Below are positions 14,200 to 25,900 of a stretch of 64,000 bases of DNA, piece after piece. Each line of letters opens with the position of its first letter. Position 1 is the stretch's first letter. The notes under the pieces were generated by a model. It did no database searches. It was not told where the DNA came from and saw nothing but the letters and a program-made list of their open reading frames with translations. The stretch is from the human T2T-CHM13v2.0 reference genome, Homo sapiens: the NCBI RefSeq assembly GCF_009914755.1, contig NC_060942.1. One strand, given 5' to 3'. Position numbers and translations under genes: made by a program.

Positions 14200-14509
14200 G
14201 AATGGCTGCATAACCAGGGCCCAGACCTCTCAGGGGTAAGGGTCTGGATGATCCACTAGGTAAGCTCATATTGGCATGGGTTCTATCAAAGGTGAGAGAA
14301 ATCTGAAACAGGATTTAGAGAGGGGAGAAAAAGAAAACCACTTCCAAACTTCACACCAGCAGCAACATCACGAGTTAACACCCATCCTACTGACCTTCCC
14401 GTTACTGTTTCCTGAGGGCCAAAAACCAATCAAAATCCTGGAGAAGCTGCTCCCAGATGGAGTGAATTTACAGCAAGGTATGTAGATCCAAGTATCACAA
14501 AAGGTGGGT
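14200..14509 (+). mobile_element. ERVL internal 3' remnant (HERV16-like)
   Basis: ccagacctctcaggggtaagggtctgg...ccactaggtaag is typical of the ERVL internal 3' end; a purine-rich tract directly precedes the LTR. Confidence 0.6.
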
Positions 14510-14943
14510 TGTAGTTGATATTGGGGCTTATCATCCCAGTCTCTTCCCAGGGTTGAGGAATCCATCCTGGACTGCTGGGCAGGTGAGCTGCTGATAGCTT
14601 ATGGCTGCATGCCACTGTGGACTTTATTCCTCAGCAAAGGAAGCTTCCTCACCTAAGATGATACACCTTCCCCAGGGCAGTTCACAGTCAGTGACTGGAA
14701 ATTTAGAGTACAAAGACCCGAGCCCCTCACCTTGATTTGAAATTCTCTGATGGGCAACCCCAGGTTCAGAGCTCCCTGTGGGAAAGGCTGAACCCCTTAT
14801 TTTCACTGCCACACAATTACCCTCGCCTTGTGCCCACACTTGGCTTTCTTTGGTCCCTCAAAATTATTCTTAATAAAAGCACTGCTCAATCAGTCAAATC
14901 TCAAAGCATCAGACTCTACTCCTAAGGAGCCCTACCTATGACA
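14510..14943 (+). mobile_element. LTR16-type ERVL LTR
   Basis: Starts tgtag, contains cttcccagggcag...cagagctccctgtggg...aataaa, and ends cagactctactcctaaggagccctacctatgaca. Confidence 0.7.
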
Positions 14944-15229
14944 AAGCACTGTGCTTTAAAAGATGAAGCTAGAAGGAAATTATGGTTAGTTTAAATTTAG
15001 GTTGTCCGCCTAATTCAATACATAGGAAAAGAGAATTTTTTCATGAACAAGTCAATGCTTAGGAATGTCATATGCTTGTACTTTACTTCAGAGGAATCTG
15101 GGCAAAATAGGACAAAGAAGCCTTGAGACTGATTTCTGTTCATGAAATTTGTGAAGGAGGATTGATCTATTTTCATATTTTTGGAGTTTTAAGCAATGTA
15201 TTAGTCTCTTTTGTCACTTGTGCACTGAC

Positions 15230-15795
15230 TCAACATCTGTGAAACTATTCTTGTGTGACAGTTATGTTGCTAAGCATAGGTAATTCAACTAAGATGCAGT
15301 CCCCAAAGCAAGGAACTAATAAGCTAGTGAGAATATAGATGATAAACCCAAAGTGATAAACTGTAATAGATGCTGTAATAGCCATGTATTCAGGATCTGA
15401 TATTAGTAGATGGGAAAAAACAGATGTGATGGGGTGCGGGAAACCCAAAGCCTTCTTGGAGCAAGGGAAGATTGAGTTGACTTTTGAAGGACAAAAAGGA
15501 ATTATTCAGGCACAGGACAGGGAAAGGAGGATTTGAAAACCTTTTATGTAGGAATGACAGCATTGTCTGAGACACTTGAGGGAGTGAAGTAGATGTCATT
15601 CAGAATAACTAATACAAAAAATATTGCAAAATAAATTCAGAGGGCCAAGAAGTAGTCTGGTTATGTTTCTTTCTAAATATAAAGGAAATGGATTTGAATT
15701 TAATCCTGCTAGGGTTGGGATGGGTGCTTTGAAGAAATTAAAATAGAGGAATTGCATGATCAGCCTTAGGTTTTACAAAGATTACTCTGAACGCA
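15230..15795 (-). mobile_element. L2 fragment
   Basis: Reverse L2 motifs (aaagccttcttggag...ttgagttgacttttgaagga; atgatcagccttaggttttacaaagattactctg). Confidence 0.65.
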
Positions 15796-16461
15796 GGCCA
15801 CTATACCTCCATCCCTCATTCAAAGTTAAAAAAAAAATGTAATCTCACAAGGTCCTGGATAACTACTGAATGCCATGCAGGGTCATTGTTTTTTGTAAAT
15901 GCACTCTTCTAAGACTTAATAACATGATGCAGTAATTCAGATCTGTCAGTCAGATGTCCAATGATATGAGAATTTTTAATAAGATAATTGGCAGAACAGC
16001 AAGGGATGATGAAGCATCCTGGGGCTGCAACAGGGAGAACCCACAACCATGACTGGGATTGAATGGTTATTGAAATACAGTTTCTCACCACTGGAACTGA
16101 GGCCCTGGAAAAAGTTAAATTAAATTTTAAATTACATTATTATTAAATTGCATGGTAGGAGGGATAACTAGGAAACATTTAAAACCCCTCCCAGGTGGGG
16201 ATGGAGGTTAGAGATCATGAAAAGTAAAAGTGGATATATACTCTCCTATAGGAACCCCCTAGTGATCAAACCTAATGCATTCCAGGTAATGCCAACCATC
16301 AAAATCAGCCTAGATTTTAAGGGAGCTCAGCTGATGGTTTTTGTGGAAGTCACTCTAAGGCAAAGAGCAGAAGGAGAATATTGGAGAGTGCATAAGGATG
16401 GAAATGGAAGTTACTCAGCATGAGATCCAAACATTTCTGCAAGATGAAGCACACAGTCCCT

Positions 16462-16880
16462 ATCTCTTTCTTCCCTTCTCTTTTCCTTCCTTCCTTCTTT
16501 CCTTCCTTCCCTCCCTGCTTCCTTCCGTCCTTCCTTCCCTCCCTGCTTCCTTCCTTCCTTCCTTTCTCATTTTTTCTTCCTCTTTCCTTTTCTTCATTCC
16601 TTCCCTCCTTCCTTCCTTCCCTCCCTCCATCCTTCCTCCTTTCCTTCCTTCCTTCTCTCTTCCTTCCTTCTCTCTTTTTCCTTCTTTCCTCCTTTTTTCT
16701 TCCTCTTTTCCTTCCTTCTTTCCTTCCTTTTCTCCTTTCTTCCTTCCTTTTTTCCTTCATCTTCCTTCCTTTCTTCTTCCTTCCCTCTTCCTTTTTTCCC
16801 TCTTTTTCCTTCCTTCCTTCCCTCTTTCCTTCATTCCTTTTTTCTTCCTTCCTTCTTTCTTTCTTTATTCTCTTTTTATT
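16462..16880. repeat. Degenerate (TTCC/CT)n polypyrimidine-polypurine tract, about 420 bp
   Basis: Almost pure C/T on the + strand; it produces the spurious low-complexity ORFs at 16350-17001. Confidence 0.97.
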
Positions 16881-17443
16881 TTTAACCAGTAAAACTGGAC
16901 AAATTATTTCAGGAGTGAAATCCTCAATTTCTCCTCTTATTCATTTTTTCCTTTATTTTTTGGAGCACATTAATTATAACTATTTTAATGACCTTGTCTG
17001 ATAACTATTATTCACAGGATCATGTATGTTCTGTTTCTGTTGTCTTTTGTTTCCTGTTAAGAATTAAATTTACTTTTTATATTACTTGAGACTTTGTACC
17101 TAAAAGAATCTTAGAGGATTCAGATAGTGTTGTCTTCCACCAGAGAGGATATCTTCCTTTTGTGGTTAGGCAGCTAGGATGGGAAGTGACTAATCACTTC
17201 AATCCAGGCAGGAAGTGTGCTGGGTTGGAGGTGGATGGTGGTTTTGATAAAACTACCGTGTTGCAGGACAAGGCCCTTCCATGGTATTTCTCATCTGAAC
17301 TTTAAAATACTAGGAGACATCATTTGCACCTTCAGTGGTTTTCAGCTTAGCTATCCAGCCTCTTGTCCTAGGCAGTTTCAAAATTTGAAAAAAATTTGTG
17401 GGTGTGCCCAACCACGTAATGAAGTACACACTCCCTCTCTTTA

Positions 17444-17467
17444 GTGTGTGTGTGTGTGTGTGTGTGT
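17444..17467. repeat. (TG)n microsatellite
   Basis: About 12 TG units. Confidence 0.95.
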
Positions 17468-17831
17468 TTTCCCGATCATTGAAAGTTTAAAGGAGTTGTT
17501 TTTAGGAATAGTTCAGCTGAGCTCTTCATACTATCCCAGTGCACCAGAACTCAGCGAATATCCCTGAATTTAAGTTTTCTCAAGTGTCAGATTTACCATC
17601 CCAGTCTTATGGAAGAACAAAAACTTTTCTGGTTCCACTTTTACTCTCAGCAGAGTCCTGCCCAGGTTAAGGCTGATCCTTAGTCCACACCAAGAATCAG
17701 CAAATGTTCTGAGAGCTAAAACCACCTGCAGTCATCAGCTCACCTGGAGTGATTCTCTTTTCTCTGTAATTATAGCTCACCTAGTAGTCATTGCTCTCAC
17801 AGCTCTTTGATGACTTTAAAAATGTGATTTT

Positions 17832-18192
<361 letters not shown>

Positions 18193-18723
18193 CTACTTTT
18201 AATGTCAAAAAAGTCAGACAATTTTTGCTCCCAACATAATTTGACTTTCACTATTCATAGATTTAAAAAATGAATAATGAAGAAAGCTATCATGCCTTCA
18301 TTAATGCTTTTCCATAAATTTGAATTTTTACCAATCACAAGAGAATTTATAAGCATCTGAAAAATAACTACACATAAGTTATTTTATAGTTTCAGAATGA
18401 AGGCAAAATACTGTCGCGTATAGATTCACAAAACAATTGCATGGTCACAACATACAATTTGACAACGGTGGGATTAGGTGTTTTATCCAAACATATATAA
18501 TCAATAGCCTGGGCAAGAATTAGTCAAATTCTGCCAATTCTAAATCCAAATCTCTAAACTCTGCAACCTCCTCATTTGAATATGAATTTGTGAGCCAATT
18601 AAACATTGGCATATGTCTTCTGTGAAATAGGATTAGGCAATTTTTGTTTAGTAGCCTACATTGATATAAGTTGGATCATATAATATTAACTGTTATATGA
18701 CATTATTATTATTAAGAAATCTA

Positions 18724-19012
18724 GGCTGGGCATGGTGGCTCATGCCTGTAATCCCAGCACTTTGTGAGGCTGAGGCAGGCAGATTACGAGGTCAGGAGAT
18801 CGAGACCATCCTGGCTAACACAGTGAAACGCCGTCTCTACTAAAAATACAAAAAATTAGCTGGGCATGGTAGTGGGCGCCTGTAGTCCCGGCTACTAGGG
18901 AGGCTGAGGCAACAGAATGAACCTGGGAGGCAGAGGTTGCAGTGAACCAAGATCATGCCACTGCACTCCAGCCTGGGCGACTGAGCGAGACTCCGTCTCA
19001 AAAAAAAAAAAA
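18724..19012 (+). mobile_element. AluY/AluSc8-like
   Basis: gagatcgagaccatcctggctaacacagtg and aaaaaattagc diagnostics. TSD aagaaat(c/a)ta. Confidence 0.95.
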
Positions 19013-19527
19013 GAAATATATAATTTTTTTAAAAAAAAAGAAATAGAGCAATGAGATGATTCTGGAGGTTGTAATTTCTGTTCGTTCTACCTGCTTCTAT
19101 TAAGGAGTTCAGGTTCTTCATAAATTCTCGGCTTAAAGGATTTTTGTTGTTCGGCTGAAGCACAAGTTGTTCTCAGACACTCTTATTTTTCTAGGCTTTA
19201 TTTTCTGGAGCCTCATTCCTGGATGGGATGATATTAAAGGGAGCTGGATTTAGGGTGTGGTGAATGGGAGTAGAAGGAGATAGGCCTTGAAGAGTCCTGT
19301 CCCTGGAGGAACCCCCTGATAAAGATGAGGTCTGTGAGAGGATTGGTTGCTAGACTGGTCATAGGCTTCCCAGAAAGGAGCCCCTTGTCATCCATGGTGA
19401 TATGCTTTTAAGTGACCATATGTAAGTGACCATGTGGGCTTAGAAAAAGAGAATATCCCTGAAGGCATAATGATTAGAGGCTTTTCCCTAGTTCTCCCAT
19501 ATCCAGACAAGTTTCCTAAATTCTTTT

Positions 19528-19815
19528 TCTTCTTTTTTCTTTTTTTTTTTTGAGACGGAGTCTCGCTCTGTCGCCGAGGCTGGAGTGCAGTGGTGCGATC
19601 TCTGCCTCCCAGGTTCAAACAATTCTCTGCCTCAGCCTCCTGAGTAGCTGAGATTATAAGCACCCACCACCACGCCCGGCTAATTTTTTGTATTTTTAGT
19701 AGAGATGGGGTTTCACCATCTTGGCCAGGCTGGTCTTGAACTTCTGACCTCGTGATCCACCCGCCTCGGCCTCCCAAAGTGCTGGGATTACAGGCGTGAG
19801 TCACCGTGCCCAGCC
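19528..19815 (-). mobile_element. AluSx3/Sg-like with a short internal deletion
   Basis: Reverse Alu. TSD cctaaattctttt at 19515-19527 and 19816-19828. Confidence 0.96.
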
Positions 19816-20530
19816 CCTAAATTCTTTTATGACCCTAGGGAAAGAAGGACAGTGACCATAACAATGGATATGAAATTTTCTGGCATGTCAGTTAGATACG
19901 ATCTCAAAGTCACACTCAAATAAATTTTTTAAATGGACGGTGTTTTCTTCCTCAATTTTGTGACTTCAAATCCTTACACACAAAGATGATATAAAGTGTT
20001 AATAAAATGGGCATTAAATAAATAGAATTATTTGCCATTGACCTTATGGATGTCAAGTCATCAACACTGGGTTTACCTTTGGACTCTATTCCAAGATTTT
20101 TCCATTTCCCCAAAAAAATTGCAAGAAAAAAAGCCTGAATCCTGAACCACACATTAGTCAACATAAACTTAAATGATTTGAGTATTTTATGTGTACATAC
20201 ACAGCTAATGAAACATTAGTGGATTTTTAAGCACTTTGTAATTATAAATATAGAAATTATTAAAGAGATAACTAAAGGAAGTATTAAAATTATAGCCATA
20301 GGAATTATTGAAAATTATAGGAATTATTAGTTAACTAGCAAAAAGCTAAGTGAGAGGAAGGTAATCCTGGGTTGGTTGTAGGATGAAAAGGCAATGTAAG
20401 AACTGAACATCTCACTGTAGCACCAATCATGAGAGGTATCACTTATAAATTTTTTAAATGAAGTAAGGACCTCGTGCCTCTCTCCAAACACGGACTCCCA
20501 GCAAATGTCATACTGTTACTCTGAACTTAC

Positions 20531-20571
20531 AGTTCTTCAGTAAAATGACAGTATCTGAAGAGTTAATATTT
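20531..20571 (-). CDS. Candidate 41-nt internal coding exon, (R)NINSSDTVILLKN
   Basis: Strong acceptor ttcctctctctttctttag and donor ACT|gtaagt. Only one frame (phase 2 to phase 1) is open, and it matches the phase left by the 7-nt exon. Confidence 0.55.
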
Positions 20572-21029
20572 CTAAAGAAAGAGAGAGGAATTTTCTTATA
20601 GATATTGTTTGCTAAAATAAGTCTCATTGTAAAAGGTAAGGATTCATGCATTAATCAGAGCTTTGTGAACTCTCACATTAAGCAGCTTTGTTATGCTAAT
20701 TAACTTGTAAATGAAGAATGGAGTGATTCTCCCATTATTGAATATCATTCTTAAGGGCCTGATTTAGAAAAATAAAGATATCCTTTATGCTTGCAAATGA
20801 TGCTAAGCTGTGGATCAGGAGTCTATTTTAGTGGAAAAGTCACCCTATTTTTTAAAAAGTTGCTACATATCCATTAAGCTTTATATTTAGTTTTAGTCAG
20901 CCAATGAATTTTACAAAAGAAATATCTGTTCGGGAAGGAAATAACACAAGACAACTTTGAGAATTTATTTCCACACAATCTCCCCTTGAAAGGCCAATGT
21001 ATCATAACTAAGAAAAATCTCAGTGCATC

Positions 21030-21760
21030 TATACCAGAGGTCAAAACTGCTGATCTGAAGGTTATAGACTTGTCAAAAGAGATGTATCATTTAACGAGTA
21101 GTGTTTTGCTTTAATTTTTAAAATTTGAAATTTGGTATTTTTTAAAATATGAGAGAGTGCATACCAAAATCCTGATTTCTAGATTTTGGTGGAAAATTAG
21201 AAGATATGACAAATACAAGAGCAATGTTTATACTGGACAACAATCACCTGGAGCTGAATAGCAGCTACTGCTACTAAAGTGACATTTTCTCTAGTTCATG
21301 CCACATGTTAGATGCAGTGTATCATCATAGCTTACACTATCATTCTTCTTATAACAGAATTACAAGAAAAGGGATATATTCTTACAATGTCTCTATCAAA
21401 AGTGAGGAAAAAAATAAACAGCTTCCATCTTCAAGAAAAATATTAGAAAGTACTTTTTTGTATAAAATAACATTTAGTTTTTATATTAAAAAGGATTCTA
21501 CTTCTAAAATACCACCAAGATACATAATAATATCTACCACATCATTAAGAGTGGCAACTAATATTGAAAAGAGGACTTACTAGTAAAAAAAATTCAGGGA
21601 ACTAATAAAAATTGAATTTTATTCAGGTTTATTTTTATATTTTGTTGATTTTTAAAGACTTGTTTGTATGTCAAATGCTGTTATAAATTTAGGACTTTAT
21701 TACATAAAAATAGTATCAAAAACTGTTACAGATTGTAAATTTAACTGAGGGTCTATTGGA
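21030..21760. mobile_element. hAT-Charlie DNA transposon remnant (MER102/Charlie4-like)
   Basis: aaaatcctgatttctag...gaaaattagaagatatgaca...caacaatcacctggagctgaatagcagct resembles Charlie-family sequence. Confidence 0.45.
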
Positions 21761-21831
21761 TGTAGCAAAAAGGGTATGTGGCAGCCATTTGCAAGTATAA
21801 ATATACCACAGGATACTCTAGCTCAACTTAC

Positions 21832-21855
21832 TAAAGATATGTCTGAGAAGACTGA
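21832..21855 (-). other. Candidate 24-nt microexon (possible stop-introducing exon)
   Basis: Very strong acceptor tttactttttctctcccttttttcag, exon TCAGTCTTCTCAGACATATCTTTA, donor gtaagt; a second acceptor lies 4 nt inside. Confidence 0.35.
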
Positions 21856-22204
21856 CTGAAAAAAGGGAGAGAAAAAGTAAAATTGCTATTTTGTAGTTAA
21901 TTAAAAATTAGACTTTAAAATTGCCACCTAGTTTTTCAGATTTCTCCTGTTGTAATAAAAATTAATGAACATTTCGGCATGGAGCTTTTGAGAAGCACAA
22001 TATACGGCAATGGAATATTTATTGTGCACAAAGAATTCTTTGATCATTAGTTGGTTAAAATGAGTAAGAGAAAATACTGGTACTCTTCTCACAGTAACAG
22101 CAGGTTTGACACAATAATTAAATCTAATGTGGCCACGTTTTTAAGACCATGGTGCCTAACTCCATTTATTATCTTCACAAATTCCTAAGATAAAACATTA
22201 AAAT

Positions 22205-22939
22205 TGAAACTACCTTTATAAAGATTATAACAGTGAGACAATTATGACAGTGAGAGAGATCTGACCTAATCAACTCCATCTTGCCTTTAACCTCCAAGCT
22301 GCCCTTGTTCTTTCCTAGGTGTAGGCCAAACTAACTTTGGGAGAAATTTAGTTTATATTTAGTCTTAAAACAAAGATGACCATTTTCTCTCCCTGAAACA
22401 ATTCCCCTCCTTGCGTGGGGACTAGACTGCCTTTGTAAAACTAACAAATTAGCCACAAGATTAGAAAGTATAGCTCAAGAGTTATGCATCCAGAGACCAA
22501 AAGATTTTTAACTTCCCCAATTGTTCCTATGGATAACATTACCGTTGCAAGACCTAAGATTAGCATTTGAGATATTTTTCAGACCCTGCATTCTGATGAA
22601 TCAGCTGTCACCACTTAGACCAGTAAACTGACATGTCTTGTCCTGTGGCCTCTACCCAGGAATTGACTTAACACAAGAGGACAGCTTGGACTTCCTATGA
22701 TTTCATCCCCAATCCAACCAATCAGCATTCCCCTACTCTAGCCCTCTGCCTGCCAAATTATTTTTTAAAAAACCTGACTTCCAAGTTTTGGGGGAGTCTG
22801 TTTTGAGTAATAATATAACTCTCTTCTCTTGTTTAGCCAGCTCTACGGGTATTAAACTCTTTCTCTATTGCAATTCCCATGTCTTAATAAATTGGCTCTA
22901 TTGGCGCAGGAGGCAAGAAGAACCCATTAGGTGGTTACA
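22205..22939 (+). mobile_element. 5' LTR, LTR8 family (ERV1)
   Basis: TG...CA termini (tgaaactaccttt...ggttaca), LTR8-type sequence, followed directly by a primer-binding site. Confidence 0.9.
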
Positions 22940-25900
22940 AATATGGGGGCTTGTCTGGGATAGCCCCTTGTAGCTACCTGCCACAGTTCAGCAGCCACTC
23001 ACTAGCAGCGGATGTGGAGGCCAACCCAAGCAGCTGCTTAGTTCTTTTAGATTGAGGTCTACCTCTAGCACTGTCTCTACTGGTGGTGTACTGTCAACCC
23101 ATAGATCATAGATTTAATTGCGGTGGAGAAATAATCCTGGAAGATGTTTTGTAATCTGGTTTGGTGAATATTCCAGGGGCTGCCAACACCTCCTTCCTTC
23201 TCCTGATCTGTTGGCCTCCCTAGAGGAACTGTAGCCCTGTTATAGGGACTGGCTAGTTCTCTAGACCTGTCATGGTGACTGCTTGACTCTTCATAGATTG
23301 TAGAAAGGGCCTTGGTTTGAGGAGATTACTCCACAATTGGACAGAGAATAGGGAACTTGTTTGGAGGAATACTCTTCTTGTGTGGAATCTGGTTTGCAGT
23401 CTTGGTTTAAAAGGCCTTCTGTTTGTCTTTGCTTCATTGTGTGTGTTTCTTTATGGAGGGGAGATCTCTGAAGGAATTGCTGATGAAGTCCAGAAGGCTC
23501 TCCTAGTTTGTCTGCTTGGTCACATTCAGTGAGCCCTGTAGGAAGCTCAACAGGCCTAATTAAGGGATTCTTCTGCTCTTCCATCTTGCCCAGAGACTGC
23601 CCTTTAAAACTCCTGTTTGGAGGTCATCTCTCCCTACTTTGGGTGGATCCAAGATTATAGGGGTCAATATGGGGAAGTTTGAGCCTTGCCAGGTTGATAT
23701 TTGGGCACTGAGCCAGGTGACTAATGTCTGTGTTCCATCCCGCGTGTTTTGCTCTGGCTGGAATGGGAACTGTTAATTCAGTTCCACTGTGCAGCCTGTT
23801 GGGCAGCATTTTATAAAATTGAGGGACTTTTGCCTATTGTTCAATAGAATGGAAAAAGGTGATTTTCTTTTGTAACACAACTTGGTCCCCACAGCTATGG
23901 TGCAGGAAGCAGAGTCATCAAAAGCCACTGTATTCTTCCAGAAGCTGTAGAGAAAGGGAACCTAGAAACCTGGCATGCTGGCAAAAGGGTAAGAATGTCT
24001 TATCAACCAGACTTCTGGCCTCTCTCTTTCTGTGCAAACAGGTTGAGTGAATGGTAAAAATCACTGTTTGTCTCCTCTGCAAGGTTTTGATTAATAGGAA
24101 AATGGATTTGTGAGCCTCGTCTTAGGCTGTAGCAAATCTGGTGTCCTTTGTGCTATAAATTTGTCTTTCTGTGTCATTCTGTTATAAAGAGGGGTACCAC
24201 AGGATAGGATAGCTAGGACCCCTGTAAGCCTGCTGTTTGAGCCAAACCTGCAGATCGGTCAGTTATAAATTTTGCTGCATATCCTTGAAATAAAAAATGC
24301 AAAGAGATTTTCCTCTCATCTTGTTTTATATCCTTGAAAACTTGACTTTGTGACCGTATGGGAGTACTTTGTCTTGATCTCAGCTAACTGGAGGGTGGCA
24401 ATTTTCAGGTACATGTAATGGCTAGCCTAAAAATTTTTCTTAAGCAGTTAAAATCCTTTGCAAGCTTGAAAATGAGTACTCTAGACTCCTGGGAAGAACA
24501 ATGGTAACTGCTCCATGTGGTAGCTCAGTAGCTAAAGCTTGGCCCTTTCACAGTGGAACTTGGGTTCAGTTCTCAGCTCAGGAAATTATTCTTTTCTGGT
24601 TTGGTATTAGTGTGACAACTTCTGATTTCCTGTATTAAATTTTCCTTTCTTTGAGCTACCTTTCAGGTGATTCTCAATCTTGTAAAAATTGATTGCCGTC
24701 TCTGGAGACACCTCATGTATCCTTGGTTAATTCATAATTGTAGTTAAGGTTTTTATAATTTCACATAGGAGGTTACCTTTGGTAAAGTTCAAAAGCCGAA
24801 AATATCAGCTGTCCTGGCTAAAATCTGGTAATTAAAAATTTAAAAGAATTTTTAAAAGCTCTGCAGTTAAAACCATTTAATTAAGGCTGATAATTGGGAT
24901 ATATGGGTAAAGATATTGTTTTAAAGCCCCTTCCTTCCCTCTGTAAAAACTTCTCAGTCAGTAGAATTCTGCCCAATTCTCCATTTACCTCTATCTGTCC
25001 CTCCTTCCTCTTACGTCTAATCTTTTTGACTTTTAAGTGGACCAGAAACTTATTTACATTATAAAAGGACTTTTAGACATGATTTGTAATAGTTAGACAG
25101 GAGATATAACTTTTTGGGGTTGCTAATGCCAGTTATGGGGGGGATACTCAGCTCTTGGCACATTTAAATCAGAAAAGCATGCTTTTGGTAACCTAGAAGG
25201 TACAGAAATGTCCTTACACCCTTACTGAGAGATAAGACTCCTATGGGAAATGAGCTGATTACAGAATGAGCTGATTGGCCTTGGGTTGGACACTAGCCTC
25301 AGGGGAATATCCTTGCAATGAGATGCATGGTGAAAGCATTACATAGTCTGGTCCCCTAGTGTTCCTCTCATTTTGGGGATCCAGGATTTGATGTAAAAAT
25401 GGGATCCTTGATTTTTAGTATCTGTTTTGCCGTCCAGCTGTGCTTGCTTTTTAGGCCCTAAAAACTGTATGTTTTCTTGGCCCTGTTACTTAAAAGGCTC
25501 TACCCTGAAGCCAGTAATCCAATTAACTTACTTCTTTAAGGAAATGTTCATATGTAAGGGTGTCTGCTTTTCCTCTCCATCTCACCTGAACTTTCACTCA
25601 CGCCATTTTTCCTTTGTTTGCATAAAATATAAATTCTATATCTTGTTTCACTTAAGTTTGTCTCTTCAGAAATGCAGATTTAGAGTTGCCCGGCTAGGAA
25701 CTGTTTATGGCAGGAAGCAGGTATTCAAGAGACTGTTGGTCTAAAATGGGGAAGAGAAGCTTAAAACTAGCAATTGAAAAATCTTTTGTCTGTCTGTGTA
25801 GGTTGTGTGTGTGATGTTTCCCTACTGAAATATATAAAGGTGCTCTAATTAATTGGCTTTAAAAAAATAAGCACTTACATAAAATATTTTGTCAGAAAAA

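Noticed and set aside
16350-17001. Three long ORFs (136-193 aa)
   Set aside because: Low-complexity translations of the (TTCC)n tract.
19388-19804. 138-aa ORF and similar ORFs at 9163, 10925, 17923, 32359, 56793 and 59200
   Set aside because: Alu-derived translations.
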